Assembly (NCBI GenBank): GCA_964505425.1
Contig: CAZDHX010000001.1
Coordinates: 55,452 to 118,801 of the forward strand
Origin: an uncultured Dehalococcoidales bacterium
Lineage (GTDB): Bacteria > Chloroflexota > Dehalococcoidia > Dehalococcoidales > BS750m-G39
Reading direction: 5' to 3'
Length of the DNA: 63,350 nucleotides
Both the position numbers and the translations under genes were made by a program. Numbering within the stretch: position 1 is the first letter of the stretch; every line of letters starts with the position of its first letter. The notes under the pieces are model-generated. The model saw only the letters and a program-made list of their open reading frames with translations. It was not told where the DNA came from and made no database searches. Shown here in pieces: positions 46,784 to 55,921 of the stretch.

Positions 46784-47716
46784 ATGCAATCGGGCACTGT
46801 TTTGGCTACCTCCATAACATCGCTCATTGGTTTCCTCCTCAATAGCACCATTCTGGCTCTTGTCCTCTCGCGGGGAAGAAAACTTTATCATTACCTTTTC
46901 AGCGGCTTTCTTTTCATCTGTGCCCTGTGGGACCTCGGCATATTTCTGTCCATGATACGGAACACCCATGTCAACGAGCTGCCCATCTATGGCAAAATAA
47001 TCTGGTGGCCGTGCGTTTTCATGTTCGCTATTATCTTTCACTTCACCTGCTCCTACCTCAACCAGCCGAGGAAGAAGAGGATAATTTTTATCTGGGCCGC
47101 TTCTGCCCTTATCTTTATTCTCGGCGTCACCGGCTTGGGGGGAAAGATTGTAGGCGTTTACAACTATAGCTGGGGGAACATCTACCGGCCCGATTCCATG
47201 CTACTTATGGGTAACCTCGCGGGGTTACCACTTGCGTACTTCTTCGGCGTGTCGGCGCTTTACTTCCTGTTCCGTGCTTACAAGAGGGAACGCTCGTCAC
47301 TAAAAAAGCGCCACATTCTCTACATCCTTATCAGCTTTTTTATAGTCCATCTGGCCGTGTCGAAGGTGGCTATACTTTACGGTATTGACAATCGTTACTT
47401 GATGCCGACCTGCATGTTCTTAAACGACATTGCCGCCGCCTTGGTAGGCATCGCCATTATAAAGTATCGGCTCTTTGACATCACCGTTATCATAAAGAAG
47501 ACGACCATATATTCGGCGCTGGCGGCAATCGTTATCTTTGTCTTTAGTATGTCCGAGCACCTGCTGTCTACTTATGTGGGGCAGCTGCTGGGCGAGGAAT
47601 CAATGTATATTCACCTCATCTCAATAGCCGCTGTGGTTGGTGTTTTCATGCCGGTTAGGGGGAGGCTGGAGCGTGCTATCGAGCGCGCCTTTGCCCAAAA
47701 GAAGGTGAAGTTCTAG
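46784..47716 (+). CDS. HisKA_7TM-like multi-pass sensor domain with no output domain
   Basis: About 9-10 hydrophobic segments with KYRLFDI...TTIYS. The ORF ends right after the last helix; no kinase or cyclase domain. Confidence 0.6.
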   Translation: MQSGTVLATSITSLIGFLLNSTILALVLSRGRKLYHYLFSGFLFICALWDLGIFLSMIRNTHVNELPIYGKIIWWPCVFMFAIIFHFTCSYLNQPRKKRIIFIWAASALIFILGVTGLGGKIVGVYNYSWGNIYRPDSMLLMGNLAGLPLAYFFGVSALYFLFRAYKRERSSLKKRHILYILISFFIVHLAVSKVAILYGIDNRYLMPTCMFLNDIAAALVGIAIIKYRLFDITVIIKKTTIYSALAAIVIFVFSMSEHLLSTYVGQLLGEESMYIHLISIAAVVGVFMPVRGRLERAIERAFAQKKVKF

Positions 47717-47729
47717 CCGCCGAGGGTGG

Positions 47730-48392
47730 TCAGAGACCTCTGAGCACAGTCCTTAGTGCCTCTTCCGTCTCAGGGGCGGTAACCGCTATTATCTGGTCTC
47801 CAGCCTGAAGGGTAGTGTTGGCGGTAGGCACCTTTGGCTTTTCTTTCTGGCGAATAATTAGCGTCAGGATGCTTCCCTCTGGTAGCGAAAGCTCCTTTAC
47901 CTTTTTGCCGATAGTCGGTGATTTGGGCGGAATCTTTACCTCCACCACCTCCAGTCCCTTCTCCCTGATATCTAAGAGGTGGGTAAGGGGGTGGGTTGGC
48001 ACCTCTTCTTCTATATCTTCAAGAATAACGTTGGTGCTGCTTACGGTAACATCAATGCCCAGCTTCTTAAAGATAGCTTCGTTCTTGGGGTTGCTGATTC
48101 GGGCTATAGTGCGGGGCACGTTGAATTTGTGCTTGGCTATCTGGCAGGCAACCAGGTTATCATCATCATCGCCGCTTACGGCAATGAACATATTAGCCCG
48201 CCCCGTGCCCACTTCGGTCAGGGTAGTTACCTCGGAGCCGTCGCCGCGGATGCAGACACTGCCCAGTTCGTTATTGATAAACTCGGTTTTGAGGGGGTCC
48301 TTTTCTATGATTAAAACCTCATGCCCTTCATTAAGCAGGGCTTTAGCCAGGTAAAAGCCCACCTTGCCCCCGCCGATGACAATGATATACAT
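47730..48392 (-). CDS. trkA: TrkA/KtrA-family protein (RCK-N plus RCK-C)
   Basis: IGGGKVG, GDGS....L...G, DDDNLVACQ.AK, ARISNP, TrkA_C domain. Confidence 0.9.
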   Translation of the reverse strand: MYIIVIGGGKVGFYLAKALLNEGHEVLIIEKDPLKTEFINNELGSVCIRGDGSEVTTLTEVGTGRANMFIAVSGDDDDNLVACQIAKHKFNVPRTIARISNPKNEAIFKKLGIDVTVSSTNVILEDIEEEVPTHPLTHLLDIREKGLEVVEVKIPPKSPTIGKKVKELSLPEGSILTLIIRQKEKPKVPTANTTLQAGDQIIAVTAPETEEALRTVLRGL

Positions 48393-48400
48393 GTTTTAAG

Positions 48401-48814
48401 CTATTCCTCCACTCCCTCTATTTTGTCCTTTAGCATCTGGGCGAAGGTCGTGGTCGGGGTGAGGGCTTCTATTCCCAGAGAGCTGAACAGCTCCCGGCGC
48501 AGAGGGTCATAGATGCGGCAGACTACCTTGGGCACATTGAAGATGTGCTTGGCGATTTGAGCCGCCATAATGTTGTGATTATCTACATCGGTTACGGTGA
48601 TGAAGGCATCGGCTTTCTCTATATTTGCCTTCTTGAGCACTTCCTCATCCATGCCGTCACCCGCCAGTGCTGTGCCGGTAAACTCGGGGGAAAGCCGGTG
48701 GAAGCTGTAAGTGTCAGTGTCGAGGATGGTGACGCTATGCCCCTCAATGTCTAAAAGCCCGGCTAGCCAGGCCCCCACTCGACCACAGCCCATAATTACT
48801 ATATTCATAAGCAA
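48401..48814 (-). CDS. TrkA-N-only (RCK-N) protein
   Basis: GCGRVG, GDGMD..VL..A.I, D..NIMAAQ.AK, RIYDP.R. Confidence 0.9.
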   Translation of the reverse strand: MLMNIVIMGCGRVGAWLAGLLDIEGHSVTILDTDTYSFHRLSPEFTGTALAGDGMDEEVLKKANIEKADAFITVTDVDNHNIMAAQIAKHIFNVPKVVCRIYDPLRRELFSSLGIEALTPTTTFAQMLKDKIEGVEE

Positions 48815-48817
48815 ACT

Positions 48818-49246
48818 CTAACTGGTACCACGTTCGTGATACAATATAATACGGCAGGGGGCGTTGGTCAGCACATAAGGCACCACTGTGCCCAGGCTAA
48901 ACTGCCCGAAGCGCCGCTTGTGGGGGACGCCCATCAGGATTAGGTCAACCCCCCGCTCCACTGCCTCATCAACGATAGCCGGACCTGCTTCACGGGCTTG
49001 AAGCACATCGCTCTCCGCCTCATAGTTCTCCTCCTCAGCCACAATTTCGGCTTGGTCTAGTATTTCTTCCGCCTTTCTAATTTCAGGCTCAATCTCTGCC
49101 TCCAGTGGCAGGGAACGTTTTAGGGTAATAACGCAAATTGCCCGGACCTTAGCCTTATCCTTTTTGCCTAGCTGGCAGGCTAGCCTCATTGCCTCGCTGT
49201 CAACCGGGGTGCCGGTTACCGGTACTAGAATCTTCTTGAACTTCAT
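48818..49246 (-). CDS. Universal stress protein
   Basis: KKILVPV.G, AIVDEA...GVDLILMG, G.VV.YVL.NAPC. Confidence 0.92.
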   Translation of the reverse strand: MKFKKILVPVTGTPVDSEAMRLACQLGKKDKAKVRAICVITLKRSLPLEAEIEPEIRKAEEILDQAEIVAEEENYEAESDVLQAREAGPAIVDEAVERGVDLILMGVPHKRRFGQFSLGTVVPYVLTNAPCRIILYHERGTS

Positions 49247-49302
49247 TGCCCTCTATTCCTGTTTAGGGGGGCGTTTGGTATTATAACCTTCTGCTTTAAA
49301 AT

Positions 49303-50781
49303 CTACAACACCTTTCCCCCGGGCTTCTTGGGTAGGTGGGTTAATGGCAGATGCGCCCTCCAGCGGTAGACGACGTAAATGATTAAGCCGATAGCCATCC
49401 AGCCCATCCCCACCCAGCGGCTGTAAGGCTGGATGATTATCACTACTAGCCATATTACTACAGTGGCAATTAAGCCGAGGACGGTAGTGGTTGGTAATTC
49501 ACGTCCCTTAAGCCTGATATTCCCGCCAATCTTGAATGGGCGTGGCAGCTTAGGTTTTCTCAGCCGCAGAGCTAGAACTGCGGCATGAGCCAGGGCGAAG
49601 CAAAGCAGGGAGCCGAAGACATATAGCCCGCCTAAATCGGCAAAAAAGTTGGTAACGAAGAAGCCGGGGGTTAACACACCGATGGCTATCAGGCAAAACA
49701 GGATAATGGCAAGATAGGGCGTCCGGAAGCGGTGATGCACCTGACTTAAGGTTGCCGGTAGCTGGTGATGTGAAGACAGGTTGAAGGCAAGCCGGGAGAT
49801 ACCCATTAGTCCGGCGTTGGTCGCGGTAAGCAGGATGGTGGCTGCCAGTATGGCAACCAGTGGGGCGAAGATAGCTTGCAGTGTTGCCGAAGGTAGATTA
49901 GCGGCGATGCCAGCCACCGGGTCTCTTGCCCAGCCGTTCACCGGGTCGCCAAGGAGCTGGGGGGTCATGGCTGACAGGGCGACAATTGAAATGCCGGCAA
50001 ATAGAATGAGAACGGCGACAATCATCACGACATACGCCTGGGGCACCTTCTTCGCTGGCTGGCGTGTCTCTTCGGCTAATTGAGATACAGTTTCTACCCC
50101 GGTAAAACACAGGGCGGCAATGGCAATGCCAAAGACCAGATTTTGCATTGATGGCCAGTTGCCGTGACCAAACATATGTTGAAACAGAATCCCCGGGTTG
50201 GGCATGAGTATTAATATAATACCCAGGACTACCAGCGTAACTTGGGTAACAATATCTATGGCGATGAAGAATATATTTACCCTTGTCGACTCTCTTACCC
50301 CCAGAACATTTAGCAGCATGAGAAATACAATAATTCCCATGGATGCCGAGGTGCCAATTACTGGCTCTCTTAATATTGGCCAGAAGTGACTGAGATAAGG
50401 GGGGATGGTGTAAGCCGAGATTGACATGGTAACCACGTAGCTTAGCATCAGTGCCCAGCCAGCGATAAAGCCGCCAAGGTCATTAAAGCCATGCCGGGCG
50501 AAGCTGGCTGAGCCCCCAGCCTCAGGTATCATTGCTGAGCCCTCAGCATAGGTAAGGGCGTTAAAGATATAAATAATGCCAGCTATAGCCAGGACAATTG
50601 GGGTGGCTCCCAGAGCTACCAGGGCGACGACACCCAGGGCATAGTAAATAGAGGAGCCAACATCTCCATAGCCAGCACTGAATAGAGCCGGGACGCCCAG
50701 CACCCTTCTTAAGCGGTAGCCCTTAATTCGGCGGGGGCGAAAGACCTTATCCCCTGGTTTGGGTTGCCAGCCATCTTCCAT
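49303..50781 (-). CDS. APC-superfamily permease
   Basis: TM1 GDVGSSIYY, PEAGGS..FA, FTGVET.SQLAEE; about 12 TM segments. Confidence 0.9.
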   Translation of the reverse strand: MEDGWQPKPGDKVFRPRRIKGYRLRRVLGVPALFSAGYGDVGSSIYYALGVVALVALGATPIVLAIAGIIYIFNALTYAEGSAMIPEAGGSASFARHGFNDLGGFIAGWALMLSYVVTMSISAYTIPPYLSHFWPILREPVIGTSASMGIIVFLMLLNVLGVRESTRVNIFFIAIDIVTQVTLVVLGIILILMPNPGILFQHMFGHGNWPSMQNLVFGIAIAALCFTGVETVSQLAEETRQPAKKVPQAYVVMIVAVLILFAGISIVALSAMTPQLLGDPVNGWARDPVAGIAANLPSATLQAIFAPLVAILAATILLTATNAGLMGISRLAFNLSSHHQLPATLSQVHHRFRTPYLAIILFCLIAIGVLTPGFFVTNFFADLGGLYVFGSLLCFALAHAAVLALRLRKPKLPRPFKIGGNIRLKGRELPTTTVLGLIATVVIWLVVIIIQPYSRWVGMGWMAIGLIIYVVYRWRAHLPLTHLPKKPGGKVL

Positions 50782-50889
50782 AGTCCGTTTGCCGAATTTT
50801 ATGCTTCTTGGTGCTGGCTGTCAACAGTTTTGGCTTGACAATCGGTCTAACTCTCCACTAAACTCAAAATGACGAAGGAGGGTTGGAGC

Positions 50890-51516
50890 GTGAAGCTTCC
50901 CTTCATCCCCCGTGAAGAGGGCTTTTTCGACCTTTTTGAGGAGGGCGCTTGTAATGTAGTCAAAGCAGCCCATTGCCTGAAAGAGCTGGTTGATACCTGG
51001 CAGGATGTTGAAAAGAAGGTAAATGAGATAACCGAGCTTGAGCACCAGGGGGATATTATTACCCACAAGATTGCGGCCCAACTGCACCGCACCTTTGTCA
51101 CCCCATTTGACCGCGAGGACATAGCCAATCTGGCTCATACCATGGATGATGTCATCGATTTTATCCACGCTGCCAGCGATGCCATGCTTCTTTACAAGGT
51201 AGACCCGCCGGGCGATAGGGCTAAGGAGCTTGCCGATATAATAGTGCAGGGGGCAACCGAGATAGAAAAGGCGATGCCCCAGCTGAGACGCCGCGGCGAT
51301 TTGAAGCATATTCTCAAACGGTGTGTGGAGCTTAACCGCGTGGAGAATGCGGCTGACCGGGTATATCGCTCAGCATTGGCTGAGCTTTTTAGTGATTCCA
51401 CAGATATTGCTCATATTATTAAGTGGCGCGAGATTTACGCTCATATGGAGAGCGCCACGGATAGGTGTGAGGATGTGGCTAACGTCCTAGAAGGGGTAGC
51501 CATTAAGAATGCCTGA
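50890..51516 (+). CDS. DUF47/PhoU-like Pit accessory protein
   Basis: LEHQGD.IT, F.TPFDREDI..L...MDD.ID, E..AD, KWREIY..ME...D.CEDVA. GTG 50890 follows AAGGAGG. Confidence 0.93.
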   Translation: MKLPFIPREEGFFDLFEEGACNVVKAAHCLKELVDTWQDVEKKVNEITELEHQGDIITHKIAAQLHRTFVTPFDREDIANLAHTMDDVIDFIHAASDAMLLYKVDPPGDRAKELADIIVQGATEIEKAMPQLRRRGDLKHILKRCVELNRVENAADRVYRSALAELFSDSTDIAHIIKWREIYAHMESATDRCEDVANVLEGVAIKNA

Positions 51517-52504
51517 AGGTATCCTCCTTCTGACGCCTATTTTACTGTTAATATTAGGGGCAGAATTTGTCAACGGGTGGACGGATGCTCCTAATGCCAT
51601 TGCCACCGTAGTTTCCACTCGCGTCCTTTCCCCATCTAAAGCAGTGATTATGGCTGCCGTGCTTAATGTCGTTGGTGCCATGGCAACGGGCACGGCTGTA
51701 GCCGCCACCATCGGCAAGGGTATCGTGAGCCCGGAGATTATCACTCTCCCTGTAATCGCGGCGGCAATGCTGGCCATTATTATCTGGAGTTCAGTATGCT
51801 GGGTCTACGGGATACCCACCAGCGAAAGCCACGAGCTAGTTGCCGGGCTTACCGGAGCCGGACTGGCTGTTGCCGGTCCGTCGGTTTTACTCTGGGGTGG
51901 GTGGCTGAAGGTAATCATCGGTCTCGGCATCTCCACCTTTCTTGGTTTTTTCTTGGGTGTAGGAATGATGACCGGTCTCTACTGGTTACTCCGGAGAATT
52001 AGACCATCGTTTATCCGTAGAATCTTCAGCCGGCTTCAGATACTCTCGGCGGCTTTCATGGCTTTTAGCCACGGCAGCAACGACGGGCAGAAGTTTATGG
52101 GGGTCTTTGCCCTGACGTTGATGCTGGGTGGGGTAATGACGGAGTTTTCGATTCCCATATGGATAATGCTGCTCTGCGGCGCGGTAATGGCAGTTGGAAC
52201 AGCTATCGGCGGGTGGCGCATCATCAACACCATGGGTTTCAAGCTGACCAGACTGGAACCGGTGAACGGCTTTGCCGCTGAGACTGCGGGTGGGGTGTCT
52301 ATTATGCTGGCTTCCGCTTTCGGCATACCCCTGAGCACCACCCATTGCATAAATACGTCTATTATGGGCGTTGGTGCTACCAGGCGGTTTTCAGCAGTGC
52401 GCTGGGGGGTAGCGGGCAACATTGTTCTGGCCTGGATAATAACCTTCCCTGTCTGCGGGATACTGGGTTATGTCTTTGCCTGGCTTTTGGCGTTTGTATT
52501 CTAA
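51509..52504 (+). CDS. pit: Inorganic phosphate transporter (PiT)
   Basis: NGWTDAPNAIATVVSTR, PTSESH, HGSNDGQK, PLSTTH. Confidence 0.95.
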   Translation: MPEGILLLTPILLLILGAEFVNGWTDAPNAIATVVSTRVLSPSKAVIMAAVLNVVGAMATGTAVAATIGKGIVSPEIITLPVIAAAMLAIIIWSSVCWVYGIPTSESHELVAGLTGAGLAVAGPSVLLWGGWLKVIIGLGISTFLGFFLGVGMMTGLYWLLRRIRPSFIRRIFSRLQILSAAFMAFSHGSNDGQKFMGVFALTLMLGGVMTEFSIPIWIMLLCGAVMAVGTAIGGWRIINTMGFKLTRLEPVNGFAAETAGGVSIMLASAFGIPLSTTHCINTSIMGVGATRRFSAVRWGVAGNIVLAWIITFPVCGILGYVFAWLLAFVF

Positions 52505-52509
52505 TCGGC

Positions 52510-53145
52510 TTATAAGCTGATTTCTCTGGGCTTCACCCGCTGCTTTTCGGCTATAATAATCGCCTCAATAGCTGAGACCGCCAGGCCAATTTTACCTTGC
52601 TTGTTAACCACTACATAGTCAAACAGGGGTAGCTTTTTCATTTCCTCCTCGGCGGTCTTTAGCCGCAGGGCTAGGTCAAGGGACGACTCAGTGCGGCGCT
52701 GGCTAAGCCTTCTTTCCAGTTCCTCCTTTGATGGGGGGGCAAGAAAGATAAATACCGCCTGAGGTATGATTTTCTTTATGGTGGCTGCCCCCTGAATATC
52801 AACCTTTACTATGGTGTCCTTTCCCTTATTGAGCGCTCGCTGGAGCGGTTTTTTGGGCACTCCGTACCAGTTGCCGTAGACATTTGCCCACTCCACCAGC
52901 TCATTATTTTTAATCATCTTCTGGAAACTTTCCGCAGAGACAAAGTGGTAGTCGACATTATTTTTTTCTCTGGCTCGCCGGGGGCGTGTGGTTACGGTGG
53001 TGATAACCTCAAAAGGGTAAGCCGATTTTTTCATTCGGCTGAGGATAGCGTCCTTCCCCGTCCCTGAGGGACCGGAGAGGACTATGAGTAGTGGCTTTGA
53101 GGGAAGGTTAAACGGGGCTTCACTTTTCAGGCTCGACCTTTTCAT
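52510..53145 (-). CDS. gmk: Guanylate kinase
   Basis: SGPSGTGK, TTRPRR..E...VDYHF, EWA.VYGNWYG, RRTES. Exact start uncertain. Confidence 0.95.
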   Translation of the reverse strand: MKRSSLKSEAPFNLPSKPLLIVLSGPSGTGKDAILSRMKKSAYPFEVITTVTTRPRRAREKNNVDYHFVSAESFQKMIKNNELVEWANVYGNWYGVPKKPLQRALNKGKDTIVKVDIQGAATIKKIIPQAVFIFLAPPSKEELERRLSQRRTESSLDLALRLKTAEEEMKKLPLFDYVVVNKQGKIGLAVSAIEAIIIAEKQRVKPREISL

Positions 53146-53416
53146 CACTCTGCTCAAGTTTTAGCACTGAGCCTCGGCCGGTTTGTAGTCTGCCAGCGAT
53201 TGTTTCCGGGGCAAGGGAGGTCTGAATAATGTGCCCGTCATCGGTAATGATAACCGCTTTGGTCTTTCTGCCATTGGTCATGTCAATGAGTAATCCCTTG
53301 TTTTTCCCTTCCTGGACAGTGCGTTTGGTCGGCGCTGAATTTGGTGAAGCGATGGCAATAACTCTATTTATGGCTACGAAATTATTAAATCCAACGTGAA
53401 CCAATTCGGTGACCAT
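53120..53416 (-). CDS. remA: RemA/DUF370 family regulator
   Basis: VHVGFNN, SAPTKR, IDMTNGRKTKAVI..DDGHI..SL.PETI..RL; upstream of gmk. Confidence 0.9.
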   Translation of the reverse strand: MVTELVHVGFNNFVAINRVIAIASPNSAPTKRTVQEGKNKGLLIDMTNGRKTKAVIITDDGHIIQTSLAPETIAGRLQTGRGSVLKLEQSDEKVEPEK

Positions 53417-53505
53417 GGTTATCACCTCTTCCCTCTTTAATCGCGGCGCTTATTATCATATACCTTTAATAATAATTAGGCAATGGGTTTTGAGCGGAAA
53501 ATGAC

Positions 53506-53534
53506 TTGAATTATAAAACATTTGGTGATATCCT
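53506..53534 (+). promoter_or_regulatory. Promoter of nfnAB
   Basis: TTGAAT-17-TATCCT with an extended TGn; leaves a structured leader of about 108 nt. Confidence 0.6.
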
Positions 53535-53648
53535 GTTTTTACGGATTGAGGACACGTCTTTACCGAAGAAGGGGCTGTCTCCGGGAGGGTTAACCTTGGG
53601 ATAGCCTTTCTGTTATCTGACGGATGAGACAGAGTGAGGGGGCAGTAG

Positions 53649-54485
53649 TTGTATAAGGTATTGTTAAGGGAGGACCTGGTACCGACTATCCATCTCTTTA
53701 AGGTGGCGGCACCGGCGGTAGCCAGGAAGGCTCAAGCGGGGCAGTTTGTCGTTATCAGGATTGACGAAAAGGGCGAGCGTATTCCCCTGACCATTGCTGA
53801 TTGGGACCGGGACGAGGGCACTGTTACCATCGTCTTTATGGAGGTGGGGACAACCACCGCCAGATTGGCCTTGCTGAAAGCCGGGGACGCTATCGCTGAC
53901 TTTGTTGGCCCGCTTGGCGTGCCGACACATGTTGAGAAATTCGGCACCGTAGTCTGTGCCGCGGGGGGGGTTGGGGTGGCTCCCATATCACCTGTGGCGC
54001 GGGAATTAAAAAATGCCGGCAATAAAATTATCTCAATTCTGGGGGCGCGGAGCAAAGACCTCATTTTCTGGGAGGACCACCTGCGCCGTTTCAGCGACCA
54101 GCTGATAGTTACCACCGACGATGGCACTTACGGTCGTAAGGGGGTGGTGACGGAACCGCTAAAAGAATTACTTGAGTCCGATGAGAAGATTGACCGGGTC
54201 GTTGCCATTGGACCGGGCGTCATGATGAAGTTCTGTTGTAAGACTACTGAACCCTTCGGCGTCAAGACCATCGTCAGCCTGAACTCAATAATGGTTGACG
54301 GCACGGGGATGTGCGGCTGCTGTCGGGTGGAGGTTGGCGGCGCGACCAAGTTTGCCTGTGTTGATGGGCCTGAGTTTGACGGGCATCGGGTGGACTGGGA
54401 CTTGCTCCTTGCCCGCCAGCGCATCTACCTTGACGAGGAGAAGCGTTCTTTTGAGCGCTGGCAGTGCCAGTGTGGCGCTGGTTAG
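53649..54485 (+). CDS. nfnA: Electron-bifurcating transhydrogenase small subunit
   Basis: GQFVVIR...GERIPLT, GPLG, GGVG.AP, TDDG..G, MVDGTGMCGCCR...CVDGPEF ([2Fe-2S] with Asp ligand). TTG start. Confidence 0.9.
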   Translation: MYKVLLREDLVPTIHLFKVAAPAVARKAQAGQFVVIRIDEKGERIPLTIADWDRDEGTVTIVFMEVGTTTARLALLKAGDAIADFVGPLGVPTHVEKFGTVVCAAGGVGVAPISPVARELKNAGNKIISILGARSKDLIFWEDHLRRFSDQLIVTTDDGTYGRKGVVTEPLKELLESDEKIDRVVAIGPGVMMKFCCKTTEPFGVKTIVSLNSIMVDGTGMCGCCRVEVGGATKFACVDGPEFDGHRVDWDLLLARQRIYLDEEKRSFERWQCQCGAG

Positions 54486-54501
54486 TTAGGAGGACTGGTA
54501 T

Positions 54502-55899
54502 ATGGCGAAGCTGAATCTGAACCGGCTGCCAATGCCGAGGCAGGACCCAAAAGCTCGGGGTAAGAATTTTAATGAGGTCGCCCTGGGCTATAATCTCAAG
54601 CAGGCTCAGGAAGAGGCAAGCCGCTGTATTCAGTGTAAGAAGCGTAATTGCGTTGAGGGCTGCCCGGTGGGGGTGGATATCCCTGATTTTATCCAGGCGC
54701 TCCGCGACGGCAATATGCCGGAGGCGGTGAGAATACTGAAGAGCAAGAACGCCCTGCCCGGCATCTGCGGGCGGGTCTGCCCCCAGGAGACCCAGTGCGA
54801 GGCTACCTGCTCGCTGGCAAAGAAGGGGGCGCCGATTGCCATCGGTCGGCTGGAGAGGTTTGTCGCCGACTGGGAGCGGGCTAATATGCCGAAAGAAAGC
54901 TCGCCCCCGCCAAAGCCAACACCCAGTGGTAAGCGGGTGGCTATTGTCGGCTCGGGACCGGCGGGACTAACCGCCGCCGCTGATTTGGCTAAGCTCGGGC
55001 ATGACGTCACCATCTTTGAGGCGTTGCATGTCGCCGGCGGGGTCTTGATGTATGGCATCCCGGAGTTCAGGTTGCCTAAGGAAATCGTCCAGAACGAGGT
55101 TGACTACGTGGCTTCCCTGGGGGTGAAGATTGAGCTGGACTCGGTGGTCGGCAAGCTCCTTACCATAGACGAGCTGCTCGGTAACGGCTATCAGGCGGTA
55201 TTTTTGGGCACCGGCGCCGGACTGCCCATGTTTTTGGGCGTCCCCGGTGAGAACCTCAACGGCATCTATTCGGCGAATGAATTTCTGACCCGCGTCAATC
55301 TGATGAAGGCGTATCTATTCCCTGAGTACGATACCCCGGTAAAGCTGGGTAAGAAGGTGGCGGTCATTGGCGGCGGCAATGTCGCCATGGACTCCGCCCG
55401 CTGCGCCCTCAGGCTCGGCGCCGACGAGGTCTATATCATCTATCGTCGTTCCGAGGTGGAGATGCCCGCCCGCCGAGAAGAAGTTGAGAATGCCCAGGAG
55501 GAGGGCATCCAGTTCAAGCTGTTGACCACCCCCAAGAGATTTCTGGGCGATGAGAAGAACTGGGTGGTCGGTGCCGAATGCTACCAGATGGAGCTCGGCG
55601 AGCCTGACGATAGCGGGCGGCGTCGTCCGGTGGTCAAAGAGGGGAGCGAATTTGTTATTGACGTTGACGAGGTGATAGTTGCTTTGGGCACCACCCCCAA
55701 CCCCCTCATCGCCTCAACCACCCCCGGTCTGGAGACGGGCAAGCGGGGGACGGTGGTGGCTTCTGAAGCGACGGGTAAGACGGTTAAGGACAGGGTGTGG
55801 GCAGGTGGCGATATCGTTACCGGCGCAGCGACGGTGATTTCTGCCATGGGGGCGGGCAAGCTCGCCGCCGCCGATATTGATAGGTTTTTGAGGGGGTAG
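54502..55899 (+). CDS. nfnB: Electron-bifurcating transhydrogenase large subunit (GltD-like)
   Basis: CIQCKKRNCVEGCP, CGRVCPQE.QC...C, GSGPAG, YGIPEFRL, GGGNVAMD, YRR, GGDIVTG. No gltB nearby. Confidence 0.88.
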   Translation: MAKLNLNRLPMPRQDPKARGKNFNEVALGYNLKQAQEEASRCIQCKKRNCVEGCPVGVDIPDFIQALRDGNMPEAVRILKSKNALPGICGRVCPQETQCEATCSLAKKGAPIAIGRLERFVADWERANMPKESSPPPKPTPSGKRVAIVGSGPAGLTAAADLAKLGHDVTIFEALHVAGGVLMYGIPEFRLPKEIVQNEVDYVASLGVKIELDSVVGKLLTIDELLGNGYQAVFLGTGAGLPMFLGVPGENLNGIYSANEFLTRVNLMKAYLFPEYDTPVKLGKKVAVIGGGNVAMDSARCALRLGADEVYIIYRRSEVEMPARREEVENAQEEGIQFKLLTTPKRFLGDEKNWVVGAECYQMELGEPDDSGRRRPVVKEGSEFVIDVDEVIVALGTTPNPLIASTTPGLETGKRGTVVASEATGKTVKDRVWAGGDIVTGAATVISAMGAGKLAAADIDRFLRG

Positions 55900-55921
55900 G
55901 TTGAGGGGTGTCTAATGCCCC

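Noticed and set aside
53541-53640. Calling the nfnA leader a glycine riboswitch
   Set aside because: Only fragments of the core match (GGACA for GGAGA, CTTTCTG for CUUUCAGG) and the 3' closing segment is absent. Kept only as an unassigned structured leader.
54502-55899. Glutamate synthase small subunit (gltD)
   Set aside because: No gltB large subunit adjacent, and the upstream gene has the NfnA signature, so NfnB is the better call.
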